Part shown: positions 15,001 through 27,400 of the stretch, in pieces
How the letters are laid out: each line of letters starts with the position of its first letter
How positions within the stretch are numbered: position 1 is the stretch's first letter
Source of the DNA: Mayamaea pseudoterrestris
Lineage: Eukaryota
DNA length: 64,000 nt
Assembly: GCA_027923505.1 (NCBI GenBank)
Contig: BROI01000028.1
Coordinates: forward strand, 124,001-188,000
Reading direction: 5' to 3'
Translations under genes and position numbers: made by a program
Notes under the pieces: generated by a model
The model's database searches: none
Told to the model about the DNA's origin: nothing
Seen by the model: the letters and a program-made list of their open reading frames with translations, nothing else

Positions 15001-18000
15001 GAATAATGATGTTGGCACCATTCTGGTGTCATTTGGGTGTATACATGGCCTGCTGTAGGGGCGTTTGAATGTCACGGCATCTGCAGGCTGAGACTGGTGA
15101 CAAGTTGTCACCAATATCATTGCCGTCCCCTGAGACACTAGCCAGGCATACCATCTTGTAGCGCAGCCTGAATAATGATGTTGGCACCATTCTGGTGTCA
15201 TTTGGGTGTATACATGGCCTGCTGTAGGGGCGTTTGAATGTCACGGCATCTGCAGGCTGAGACTGGTGACAAGTTGTCACCAATATCATTGCCGTCCCCT
15301 GAGACACTAGCCAGGCATACCATCTTGTAGCGCAGCCTGAATAATGATGTTGGCACCATTCTGGTGTCATTTGGGTGTATACATGGCCTGCTGTAGGGGC
15401 GTTTGAATGTCACGGCATCTGCAGGCTGAGACTGGTGACAAGTTGTCACCAATATCATTGCCGTCCCCTGAGACACTAGCCAGGCATACCATCTTGTAGC
15501 GCAGCCTGAATAATGATGTTGGCACCATTCTGGTGTCATTTGGGTGTATACATGGCCTGCTGTAGGGGCGTTTGAATGTCACGGCATCTGCAGGCTGAGA
15601 CTGGTGACAAGTTGTCACCAATATCATTGCCGTCCCCTGAGACACTAGCCAGGCATACCATCTTGTAGCGCAGCCTGAATAATGATGTTGGCACCATTCT
15701 GGTGTCATTTGGGTGTATACATGGCCTGCTGTAGGGGCGTTTGAATGTCACGGCATCTGCGGGCTGAGACTGGTGACAAGTTGTCACCAATATCATTGCC
15801 GTCCCCTGAGACACTAGCCAGGCATACCATCTTGTAGCGCAGCCTGAATAATGATGTTGGCACCATTCTGGTGTCATTTGGGTGTATACATGGCCTGCTG
15901 TAGGGGCGTTTGAATGTCACGGCATCTGCAGGCTGAGACTGGTGACAAGTTGTCACCAATATCATTGCTGTCCCCTGAGACACTAGCCAGGCATACCATC
16001 TTGTAGCGCAGCCTGAATAATGATGTTGGCACCATTCTGGTGTCATTTGGGTGTATACATGGCCTGCTGTAGGGGCGTTTGAATGTCACGGCATCTGCGG
16101 GCTGAGACTGGTGACAAGTTGTCACCAATATCAGTGCCGACCCCTGAGACACTAGCCAGGCATACCATCTTGTAGCGCAGCCTGAATAATGATGTTGGCA
16201 CAATTCTGGTGTCATTTGGGTGTATACATGGCCTGCTGTAGGGGCGTTTGAATGTCACGGCATCTGCAGGCTGAGACTGGTGACAAGTTGTCACCAATAT
16301 CATTGCCGTCCCCTGAGACACTAGCCAGGCATACCATCTTGTAGCGCAGCCTGAATAATGATGTTGGCACCATTCTGGTGTCATTTGGGTGTATACATGG
16401 CCTGCTGTAGGGGCGTTTGAATGTCACGGCATCTGCGGGCTGAGACTGGTGACAAGTTGTCACCAATATCATTGCCGTCCCCTGAGACACTAGCCAGGCA
16501 TACCATCTTGTAGCGCAGCCTGAATAATGATGTTGGCACAATTCTGGTGTCATTTGGGTGTATACATGGCCTGCTGTAGGGGCGTTTGAATGTCACGGCA
16601 TCTGCAGGCTGAGACTGGTGACAAGTTGTCACCAATATCATTGCCGTCCCCTGAGACACTAGCCAGGCATACCATCTTGTAGCGCAGCCTGAATAATGAT
16701 GTTGGCACCATTCTGGTGTCATTTGGGTATATTCATGGCCTGCTGTAGGGGCGTTTGAATGTCACGGCATCTGCAGGCTGAGACTGGTGACAAGTTGTCA
16801 CCAATATCATTGCTGTCCCCTGAGACACTAGCCAGGCATACCATCTTGTAGCGCAGCCTGAATAATGATGTTGGCACCATTCTGGTGTCATTTGGGTGTA
16901 TACATGGCCTGCTGTAGGGGCGTTTGAATGTCACGGCATCTGCGGGCTGAGACTGGTGACAAGTTGTCACCAATATCATTGCCGTCCCCTGAGACACTAG
17001 CCAGGCATACCATCTTGTAGCGCAGCCTGAATAATGATGTTGGCACCATTCTGGTGTCATTTGGGTGTATACATGGCCTGCTGTAGGGGCGTTTGAATGT
17101 CACGGCATCTGCAGGCTGAGACTGGTGACAAGTTGTCACCAATATCATTGCCGTCCCCTGAGACACTAGCCAGGCATACCATCTTGTAGCGCAGCCTGAA
17201 TAATGATGTTGGCACCATTCTGGTGTCATTTGGGTATATTCATGGCCTGCTGTAGGGGCGTTTGAATGTCACGGCATCTGCAGGCTGAGACTGGTGACAA
17301 GTTGTCACCAATATCATTGCTGTCCCCTGAGACACTAGCCAGGCATACCATCTTGTAGCGCAGCCTGAATAATGATGTTGGCACCATTCTGGTGTCATTT
17401 GGGTATATTCATGGCCTGCTGTAGGGGCGTTTGAATGTCACGGCATCTGCGGGCTGAGACTGGTGACAAGTTGTCACCAATATCATTGCTGTCCCCTGAG
17501 ACACTAGCCAGGCATACCATCTTGTAGCGCAGCCTGAATAATGATGTTGGCACCATTCCGGTGTCATTTGGGTGTATACATGGCCTGCTGTAGGGGCGTT
17601 TGAATGTCACGGCATCTGCAGGCTGAGACTGGTGACAAGTTGTCACCAATATCATTGCCGTCCCCTGAGACACTAGCCAGGCATACCATCTTGTAGCGCA
17701 GCCTGAATAATGATGTTGGCACCATTCTGGTGTCACTTGGGGACCTACATGGCCTGCTGTAGGGGCGTTTGAATGTCACGGCATCTGCGGGCTGAGACTG
17801 GTGACAAGTTGTCACCAATATCATTGCCGTCCCCTGAGACACTAGCCAGGCATACCATCTTGTAGCGCAGCTTGAATAATGATGTTGGCAATATTCTGGT
17901 GACATTTGGGTGTATACATGGCCTGCTGTAGGGGCGTTTGAATGTCACGGCATCTGCAGGCTGAGACTGGTGACAAGTTGTCACCAATATCATTGCCATC

Positions 18001-20953
18001 CCCTGAGACACTAGCCAGGTATACCATCTTGTAGCGCAGCCTGAATAATGATGTTGGCACAATTCTGGTGTCATTTGGGTGTATACATGGCCTGCTGTAG
18101 GGGCGTTTGAATGTCACGGCATCTGCAGGCTGAGACTGGTGACAAGTTGTCACCAATATCATTGCCATCCCCTTAGACACTAGCCAGGCATACCAGCTTG
18201 TAGCGCAGCCTGAATAGTGATGTTGGCACCATTCTGGTGTCATTTGGGTATATTCATGGCCTGCTGTAAAGGCGTTTGAATGTCACGGCATCTGAAGGCT
18301 GAGACTGGTGACAAGTTGTCACCAATATCATTGCCGTCCCCTGAGACACTAGCCAGGCATACCATCTTGTAGCGCAGCCTGAATAATGATGTTGGCACCA
18401 TTCTGGTGTCATTTGGGTATATTCATGGCCTGCTGTAGGGGCGTTTGAATGTCACGGCATCCGCGGGCTGAGACTGGTGACAAGTTGTCACCAATATCAT
18501 TGCCGTCCCCTGAGACACTAGCCAGGCATACCATCTTGTAGCGCAGCCTGAATAATGATGTTGGCACCATTCTGGTGTCATTTGGGTGTATACATGGCCT
18601 GCTGTAGGGGCGTTTGAATGTCACGGCATCTGCAGGCTGAGACTGGTGACAAGTTGTCACCAATATCATTGCTGTCCCCTGAGACACTAGCCAGGCATAC
18701 CATCTTGTAGCGCAGCCTGAATAATGATGTTGGCACCATTCTGGTGTCATTTGGGTGTATACATGGCTTGCTGTAGGGGCGTTTGAATGTCACGGCATCT
18801 GCAGGCTGAGACTGGTGACAAGTTGTCACCAATATCATTGCTGTCCCCTGAGACACTAGCCAGGCATACCATCTTGTAGCGCAGCTTGAATAATGATGTT
18901 GGCAATATTCTGGTGACATTTGGGTATATACATGGCCTGCTGTAGGGGCGTTTGAATGTCACGGCATCTGCAGGCTGAGACTGGTGACAAGTTGTCACCA
19001 ATATCATTGCCGTCCCCTGAGACACTAGCCAGGCATACCATCTTGTAGCGCAGCCTGGATAATGATGTTGGCACAATTCTGGTGTCATTTGGGTGTATAC
19101 ATGGCCTGCTGTAGGGGCGTTTGAATGTCACGGCATCTGCAGGCTGAGACTGGTGACAAGTTGTCACCAATATCATTGCCGTCCCCTGAGACACTAGCCA
19201 GGCATACCATCTTGTAGCGCAGCCTGAATAGTGATGTTGGCACCATTCTGGTGTCATTTGGGTGTATACATGGCCTGCTGTAGGGGCGTTTGAATGTCAC
19301 GGCATCTGCGGGCTGAGACTGGTGACAAGTTGTCACCAATATCATTGCCGTCCCCTGAGACACTAGCCAGGCATACCATCTTGTAGCGCAGCCTGAATAA
19401 TGATGTTGGCACCATTCTGGTGTCATTTGGGTATATTCATGGCCTGCTGTAGGGGCGTTTGAATGTCACGGCATCCGCGGGCTGAGACTGGTGACAAGTT
19501 GTCACCAATATCATTGCTGTCCCCTGAGACACTAGCCAGGCATACCATCTTGTAGCGCAGCCTGAATAATGATGTTGGCACCATTCTGGTTTCATTTGGG
19601 TGTATACATGGCCTGCTGTAGGGGCGTTTGAATGTCACGGCATCTGCAGGCTGAGACTGGTGACAAGTTGTCACCAATATCATTGCCGTCCCCTGAGACA
19701 CTAGCCAGGCATACCATCTTGTAGCGCAGCCTGAATGATGATGTTGGCACCATTCTGGTGTCATTTGGGTGTATACATTGCCTGCTGTAGGGGCGTTTGA
19801 ATGTCACGGCATCTGCAGGCTGAGACTGGTGACAAGTTGTCACCAATATCATTGCCGTCCCCTGAGACACTAGCCAGGCATACCATCTTGTAGCGCAGCC
19901 TGAATAATGATGTTGGCACCATTCTGGTGTTATTTGGGTGTATACATGGCCTGCTGTAGGGGCGTTTGAATGTCACGGCATCTGCAGGCTGAGACTGGTG
20001 ACAAGTTGTCACCAATATCATTGCCGTCCCCTGAGACACTAGCCAGGCATACCATCTTGTAGCGCAGCCTGAATAATGATGTTGGCACCAATCTGGTGTC
20101 ATTTGGGTATAATCATGGCCTGCTGAAAAGGCATTTGAATCTCAAGGCATTCGCGGGCTGAGACTGGTGACAAGTTGTCACCAATATCATTGCCGTCCCC
20201 TGAGACACTAGCCAGGCATACCATCTTGTAGCGCAGCCTGAATAATGATGTTGGCACCATTCTGGTGTCATTTGGGTGTATACATGGCCTGCTGTAGGGG
20301 CGTTTGAGTGTCACGGCATCTGCGGGCTGAGACTGGTGACAAGTTTTCACCAATATCATTGTTGTCTCTTGAGACACTAGCCATGCGTACCATCTTGTAG
20401 CGCAGCCTGAATAATGATGTTGGCACCATTGTGGTGTATTTTTGGCACCTACAGGGCTTGCTGTAGGGGCGTTTGAATGTCACGGCATCTGCGGGCTGAG
20501 ACTGGTGACAAGTTGTCACCAAATACATTGCCCTTACCTGAGACACCCGCCAAGCCTACCATCTTGTATGTAGCGCTGCCTGAATAATGATGTTGGCACC
20601 CTTCTGGTGTGAATTTGGGCACCTACAGGGCTTGCTGTAGGTGCGTTTGAATGTTGCGGCATCTGTGGGTTGAGATTGGTGACAAGTTGTCACCAAATAC
20701 ATTGCCATGCCCTGAGACACCCGCCAAGCCAACCATCTTGTAGCGCAGCCTGAAATAAGGATGCTAGCACCAGTCTGACTTGATTTGGACATACACATCA
20801 TGACTCCAGGTATGGGCATTCAAAAGGTATGGCAGCTTCTCAGCAGTCATTTGGCAGTCTACTGAGACACCAGCCAGGCATACCGGTACCATCTTGCAGC
20901 ACAGCCTAAAAAATGATATTGGCACTATTCATGTGCAATTTTGGTATATACAT
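1..20953. repeat. 169-bp tandem satellite array (~123 monomers; left end outside window)
   Basis: The monomer TTGTAGCGCAGCCTGAATAATGATGTTGGCACC...CTAGCCAGGCATACCATC recurs every 169 bp (positions 1, 170, 339...). Hand count of the monomer gives ~51% GC. The last ~4 units (20.3-20.95 kb) are progressively degenerate. Confidence 0.99.
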
Positions 20954-20985
20954 GAACAGAGCAATCCTACTACATAATTATATTC

Positions 20986-21681
20986 TTATAGCTGGCTGAG
21001 CTTGTCCCATGCAACCTGTCCAATTGCAGCATTCTGTACTCCGGTCCCAGTCAAGTCAACCACGATGAGTTCGTCTCCCTCGTGACCCGGTTTTCCATTG
21101 ACAAGTTACCCTAGCTCGCAGTAGACATTGCTGTCCGTCATGATGCCAACCTGAAGGGCTGAACAAAGCTCTCCAACCTTGGAGGTTTGCTTGGTGAGAT
21201 CACTGATGTACTTGCTTGCCTTGAGTACGTCGACAGGAATTTCCTGCTTGGTTGGCTGATCACTCCCAGATGCAATAATGGTTGTACCAGGCTATGACAA
21301 CATGCTCAGCTCCAAAATGGGTGAACTCCTGGTTGTTTGCATGTAGATACAGTTTGATATGCTGCAGAGCTCCACCGCCAAATTCACCACTTCAAAGTCA
21401 ACTCCCAGCTCCTCGCTCATTTCCAAATCAAACTCATTGGAGCCAGCCAGTCCATAGCTACTCCCTTCATGTCTGGATGAATCACATGGGCTGCTCGCGC
21501 CATGTTTCTTGCAATGGCGCCGCATCCAACGAATCCCACCGTCAGTGACTTTTTGGATCAGTTGTATACTTGAGACTAATAGCACCAGCTGCACCAGTTT
21601 GTAGATCTGTCATGAATCAATTCTCCTGAAAAAAGCTAATGGAGCTCCCGCTGACGCGTCAACGACGCTTAAGACACCTGA
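20986..21681 (-). pseudogene. Ornithine cyclodeaminase / mu-crystallin family pseudogene (5'-truncated)
   Basis: Manual minus-strand translation across frames gives SGVLSVVDASAGAPLA..QEN*FMTDLQTGAAGAISLKY..TVGFVGCGAIARNMA (Rossmann GxGxxA)..*PGTTIIASGSDQPTKQEIP..VGEL..ELG*LVNGKPGHEGDELIVVDLTGTGVQNAAIGQVAWDKLSQL*. Internal stops at 21617-19, 21292-94 and 21106-08. Frameshifts near 21630, 21544 and 21458. Confidence 0.88.
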
Positions 21682-21955
21682 TCGGACGGCTGCTGCAATA
21701 ATGGAATACTCTCTTAACATCGCTCTTTTCCATATAGTCCTATGAATCATGAAGAAGCCATCTGCAAGAAAGAATGGAATTTGGTGGCTAAATAGGCAAG
21801 TTATGCGCTGGTTTCTATGAGATCAACCGTGGTGGTTTTCGTCGTGAGTTGCATGCTCGACGAACCGCTACTGGAGACTGTTAGAGCTAGGGTTTGATGA
21901 CGTGGTTGCACCGTGAAACGAAACATTGAAAGCCCGCTGATTGGTTATTGCACCA

Positions 21956-21984
21956 TTGTTTCATTGCACGGTGCAATGAAACAA
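21956..21984. promoter_or_regulatory. Perfect 29-bp palindrome TTGTTTCATTGCAC-G-GTGCAATGAAACAA, upstream of the silicanin-like gene
   Basis: 14-bp arms are exact reverse complements with a 1-nt spacer. Extra TTGCAC half-sites lie at ~21906 and ~21948. The regulatory role is inferred only. Confidence 0.45.
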
Positions 21985-22370
21985 CGAAACATCCGCCGCT
22001 AGTTTCGCGCCTAAAGATCATCCGTCTTCTCTTGGCACGTTGGTGGGTCGCTCGCTGGGCGTTTTCAAACGAACCTCCCTGACGTCATGCACCCGGCTTG
22101 CGCGCACTGACGGGTGTTTCATCCAACGCAAGCCCTTCCATCCATTCGGAAAGGAATCGGCGAGGTTTCGCCTCGCTCGCCTATGTAATCGTCACGATGG
22201 AATTGCTCAACCGCCGCGCATTGGAGGTCGATGCTCGCAGGAGGCTCGCGGAAACACACCAGCGATAGGATCCATCCAAACGCATCATTCACAAATCGAC
22301 CTTCGTCTCGGATTTATTCGCACTTTCTGCAGCAGATCCTCACACTCGACACTCTCAAGACTAAACCAAG

Positions 22371-23385
22371 ATGAAGTTTGCCACCACCATGCTCCTCGCT
22401 GCCACTGCTTCGGTCGCCTCGGCCGCTAGCGTGCGCGCCACGGCTGGACTCTTGTCCAAGGCTCGTCGCCTCGAAGATGCGGAACAGCAACAAGACGAGG
22501 GTGACGAGTACTCGTTCCTTTCTGGATACTCTGCCCACCTCATTGGCTGTGCTGCTGGAGAAATCTACAAGAGCAACAATGGCGACAGTGAGTACGCGTC
22601 TGTCATTTTCCGACTTTGTCCAGCGGACTCTTGTGATGCTGACAGCGCCGTTGGTTGCAAGAATGGATACGGAGACTATGTCATTGGCATCAACTCGTTT
22701 GTTCAGGCCTACGTCGAACAAAACAAGGACAACATGCAGGGCGACGATGCCAATGACATGAACCCAGACCAGTACGCTGAGTGCCGTCAGATCGACTACC
22801 AGCCGGAGGATGATGGCGCCGAGGCCGTTGCCTACTATGTCGGACCTGCCTGCGCAGGAACGACTGGACTCAAGCTTGAGCTCTTTTCGGACGAGACTTG
22901 CTCCACTGCTGCGGACGGTGTCTCATACGCTGACATTTCGGGCGGAGCCACTCTTCCCTACTCGAACGGCAAGCTTGCCAGCACCAAGTGCCAAGCTTGC
23001 TCGGTCACGGACGAAGACGGCAACACGGAGATTTCCGACTTGTGCATGAACACGTACATGTACTCGGGACATTGCGAGAGCAAGATGCAGAAGAACAGCC
23101 AATACAGTTCCAACGACGAGAGTGCCTGCGAGTACATTACATCCATCACCAAGAAGTCGTCGACGGGTGGAAACGCTGGTGCCGCCATTGGTTGGGTCAT
23201 TTTCGCATTAGTCAGTAAGTAACAACTGAAGCGAGTCTCTCTTTCCTGCTTTGTTTCTCGCATGATTTTAACATTCGCCTTCGTGATCATTTTCCACTTT
23301 AGTTGTCGCTGCCGGTGGATACGGATACAGCAAGTGGTGGATGCACAAGAAGAACTCGCAATCAGAGGGTGTCATTATGAGCTAA
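22371..23385 (+). CDS. Silicanin-like type I membrane protein (308 aa; intron 23215-23302)
   Basis: Signal peptide MKFATTMLLAATASVASA, RXL motif (KARRLED), acidic Cys-rich lumenal part with VIFRLCPADSC..GCKNGYGDYVI. Splicing GTAAGT..TTTAG restores the TM helix AAIGWVIFALVIVAAGGYGY and a short cytosolic tail. This matches the diatom silicanin-1 family architecture. Confidence 0.72.
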
Positions 23386-23693
23386 GCCGATGCCAAGCCC
23401 GTTTGAACTTTGCTCTATGCTGGTCAATGACGGTGTATCTCATTGACTGCCGATTGTAAATACCCTTGCGCGGCCGTGTTTCTTGTTTTTGCATAAAATT
23501 ATACAGTGCGGTGAAAGTAATCGTATTTGATTAGTAAGCCGAATTGTTTGCGGTTACATTACATACTAATAGGATATTGTAAATAGCTTCTTTGGACCTT
23601 TGAAGCCGGCGTCACGTCACTCTCGCTATGTGGAGTGCACGGCATGCATTCACGACATTCATCAGTGCCAATCGACCCCACCACTATCATACT

Positions 23694-24299
23694 ATGAAAG
23701 TCCCAACCGTACTCATTTGTCCTGGAAATGGCTGTTCGAATATACGAAGATCGAACTGGTATGGCGTGCTGCACGACCAACTAAACCAGGCTGGAATTCC
23801 ATCCATCTGCGAAGACTTTCCGGATCCACACGCTGCTCGGCGCAGCATTTGGATCCCTCACATGAGGAAACTTGTGGAGAAGAATTGTCTAGGTGATCCA
23901 ACAAATGTCATTTTGGTTGGACATAGCTCTGGCGCCCAGGCTGTGCTTCGGTACGCCGAAGAGTATACATGCGCGGCGGCAGTATTGGTGGCGGCAACGT
24001 ATACAGATCTCGGCGACGCTGGAGAACGGGCGTCAGGCTACTATCCTCAAGCAAAAGGAAAGCTTGAAGAGAATCCGTACTTGTTTGAGATGATGAAGAA
24101 GAACTGTGCTGTTTGGCACCAATTTCACTCGGACGATGATCCGTTCATTCCATTGGCCGAGGCGGAACGAATACGAAGTGGCTTGGGCTTGATGGATGAG
24201 CATTACCACATGCTTCCAGGACGATCGCACTTCTTTGAGCCATTCGTGGAGTTGATGGATGTAATACAATCCATCGTTGAGGATAGCTCCACGTTCTAG
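23694..24299 (+). CDS. RBBP9/YdeN-like alpha/beta serine hydrolase
   Basis: PGNGC..WYG start, nucleophile elbow GHSSGA, HSDDDPFIP and C-terminal SHF motifs. Confidence 0.85.
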   Translation: MKVPTVLICPGNGCSNIRRSNWYGVLHDQLNQAGIPSICEDFPDPHAARRSIWIPHMRKLVEKNCLGDPTNVILVGHSSGAQAVLRYAEEYTCAAAVLVAATYTDLGDAGERASGYYPQAKGKLEENPYLFEMMKKNCAVWHQFHSDDDPFIPLAEAERIRSGLGLMDEHYHMLPGRSHFFEPFVELMDVIQSIVEDSSTF

Positions 24300-24494
24300 A
24301 ATCATTAGCCCTTGAAGTATTAGCTAAAACAGTAACCATGCGACATAAAGATTGACTTGTGCGTTGCGCGCGTGGAAATCACTTACTTCTTCTTTCTTGT
24401 GGACCGACAAAAGCTCGAGCATCCATTCGCAGTAGTCAGCAAGGAGTTTCAAAGACGCCACCTACCAACACCCACTTCGACAAGCGTAGCGCGC

Positions 24495-27400
24495 ATGAAG
24501 GAAAAGGCAAGCAAGCCGCCTGGTCTCAAGCGTGGCGGCGCGAAAGGTTGTCCAGCTGCTTCAACCACGAAACGAGCGCGACGCGATCCTTCTGCAAAGC
24601 AAGAATGGTCGTCATTTCCAGACGCGCTCGTCTTTGACAAGAAGGAAGTAAGGTTTGAGCTTTCGGATACTCAGCGTCAGCTATGGCTGCATCATCCAAT
24701 CGCCTCGCAGCGAGCTTCCAAGTTTCATGAACCACTCTCGCAATATCGAAAGTTGGGTGTAATTCGTCGTCGTTTGACGGTGAAAGGTGACATTGGTAAA
24801 CCGAAAATCCCGCCTCAAATCGCCGCGAAGAAATCTGATCTATCGAGAACGAAGAAACAGCTCCCGTCTCTTAGTCAGTCCATGGCAATCAAGCTAGCCC
24901 GAGCCGATGCTGTCCGGGCCGACGTAACAAAGACTGATGCCGCATTGCTCGTCGATGCAGAGCGAATCAAGACTGATTGGTCGCATGCAACAAAGAATGG
25001 GTATATGCAGCCATTTTGGGATGTTCATGGGCAAGTCACTCATTTGCTGCAAGATCCGGACGTACTGCCTATTACTCACTTGATAAAGCTGCTCAAGGCT
25101 GGAAAATTAGTGGACGATGAGCATAAAAATGATGTCAAGACCTTGTACAATGGTTTGCGAAAGGTATCTAATGATACAATGACGGTATTAAAGGCTCTTG
25201 TAGAGCTTCAGCAGCCAGAGGAGGTGCTTTACGATATCCCAATAATTATCAGCTATCCACGCTTTCGCGACGGCAGCCTCGAAATTGGTGTCTACGCCAG
25301 TCGTCTGCTGTTTGATGTAATGACCTTTCAATCGCTCCAGTGTATCATGGCAGCCTTTGACGAGGACAGCTTTACAGTGACACAGCCATTAGCCGATCTA
25401 GGTCAATGTCCTGTGCCCGTCTTTGCCAGTGACGCCCGACGCGTAGTTTTTGAGAAGGACGACGATTTGCCGGATGCAACAATACAGGACGCAACGGATG
25501 AGTCGGGTACGTTGTACGCCTTTTCAAATGCAGGCTTTTTGCGAGCATGTGAGAGTCATGGAAACGACACGAGCTGTTGGAACGAGCTTAAAACTAAGCT
25601 GGGGTCGTCGTTACGAGTCGATCTCATGCTTCATCAGATCCACGGGCTATGCTGGATGCATTCGATGGAGCGCATCGATGGAGGTTTAAACTCGCTTTTA
25701 TGGGAACGGCGAGAGTTTTTGGACGGTGGAGCTTACTATTACGCGCCGGCATTTGGTCAAGTACGGCTCTTTCTAGGACCAAACGCCGACGAGGCTCCGC
25801 CGATCATCAAGGGTGGACTGCTCTGTGATGAGGTGCGTACATAACAGCCTCCTTTGTTGCAATATATCAAGCATCTGACTGAAAACATTCATTATTATTC
25901 TTTCATAGATGGGCCTTGGTAAAACAATTCAAACTCTTGCACTGATAATGACGACTTTAAATGATCTTAAGTTGGAAGCTCGAAGCAGAGAGGATCACCG
26001 TCATGCAACCCTTATTGTCGTACCACCGGCGTTAGTGAGCCAATGGCTTTCGGAAATTGACAAGGTTGCTGGAGATGCACTTGCTGTCGAGTATTTTGAT
26101 CACAAATCCATGAAGTTTGAAAAAAAGTCCATCAAACGCGGTGAAGCAGACATTGTACTTACAACGTATAAGAGTTTCGACAAACATGCAAAATCTTCTG
26201 CTGATTCTTCGCGCGTTCTGAAGTCTAGCTCATGGGGTCGAGTCGTTTTGGACGAAATGCAGGAGGTTCGTAGCTCAACGACGGCAATTGCAAAGAATTG
26301 CGAGGAGTTGACCTGCGACCGTCGCTGGATGCTTTCCGGCACACCTATGTTTGATGGCGGAGTAGATGATTTGCGCGGCGAGTTGTCATTCCTCCGGCTC
26401 GAACCCTTTTCCGGCAACACTGAGGACGGCTTTTTCAAATTTGCGGTACAAGACCACTGGGACGATGGAACGCAGGATGGATATGAGACTTTACGCATCT
26501 TGAGCCTCGTTATGCTTCGGCGTAGCAAGACTATGACAATGATTGAGTCTGGGCTTCCGCTACTTGGTTTGCCGCCACTGTCAGTAATTTACGAGCCAAT
26601 TCCGCAGGATCCTTCAGAGCGAGCAGTCTATTGCTATTTAGAATCAATTGTGCATGCATCCCTTGGCAATGATGAAAACTGTGCGACGAATTTACACCGT
26701 TCGCTGCTGCGCCTTTTACGAGAAGCGTGCATGACTTGCGTAATGCTCAGCGGCGGCTTGGGGTGTCCGTCGCAACTTGCTTTTATCAATCGGCTTGTTG
26801 TTGAACTCATTAGGAAGAATTTGGCCTCTCAACACACCTCGGCAATTACCCCATCTTCTATCAATACAGCTATCTCGTGTGACGACGCAATTCGGTATTT
26901 GAGTCAGGTGGCAGATACCGCACGAGTTGGCTCTGGCTTTGTAACAGAAATGACATTGGGAACTGGTGGAGGTGCCAGCCGACGTGATCGAGCGGTGGAT
27001 TCGGTGGAGCTGCAATTGGAAGAATCGCAGAAAACTTTAGTCGAAGCGGATCGAAGTTTGGTTTTACATCGAGCAAAGAGAGCCAGAGCTAACTGGCAGA
27101 GACTGCTTGAATTGATTACCACGGGACATCTCACGTCGGATCTAACGAAGACTTCATCTGCAACCTTTCGATGCGTTTGGAAGTGGCGCTTCGCTTTGAG
27201 TCATCATTTGCAGGGAGACGCATCTAATCAGTCGCTTCCTGAATTGTTGACACGTGGATGGCGACCTGGTGTACGCTTTTATTCTAACAAAACGTCTACC
27301 AGAGTTCAATGTCGATGGCAATGGGCTCTTGCGCGTGTGCTTGGAGGATATCTCAGGCTGGAACGTACAGAAACTTTAAGTACATCTACTCGGAAAATTC

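Noticed and set aside
43..20819. About 110 overlapping minus-strand ORFs (MTPEWCQHH...)
   Set aside because: Artefact of a 169-bp (3n+1) repeat read through successive frames. Indels are tolerated freely and there is no protein-like signature.
1..20953. CRISPR array, or tandem 5S rRNA/tRNA/snRNA genes
   Set aside because: No unique spacers and no cas genes. I could not recognise a cloverleaf, pol III boxes or 5S/snRNA sequence in the monomer. An Rfam search would settle it.
1..20953. Telomeric repeat
   Set aside because: No tandem TTAGGG-type short repeats; only a single TTTGGG per monomer.
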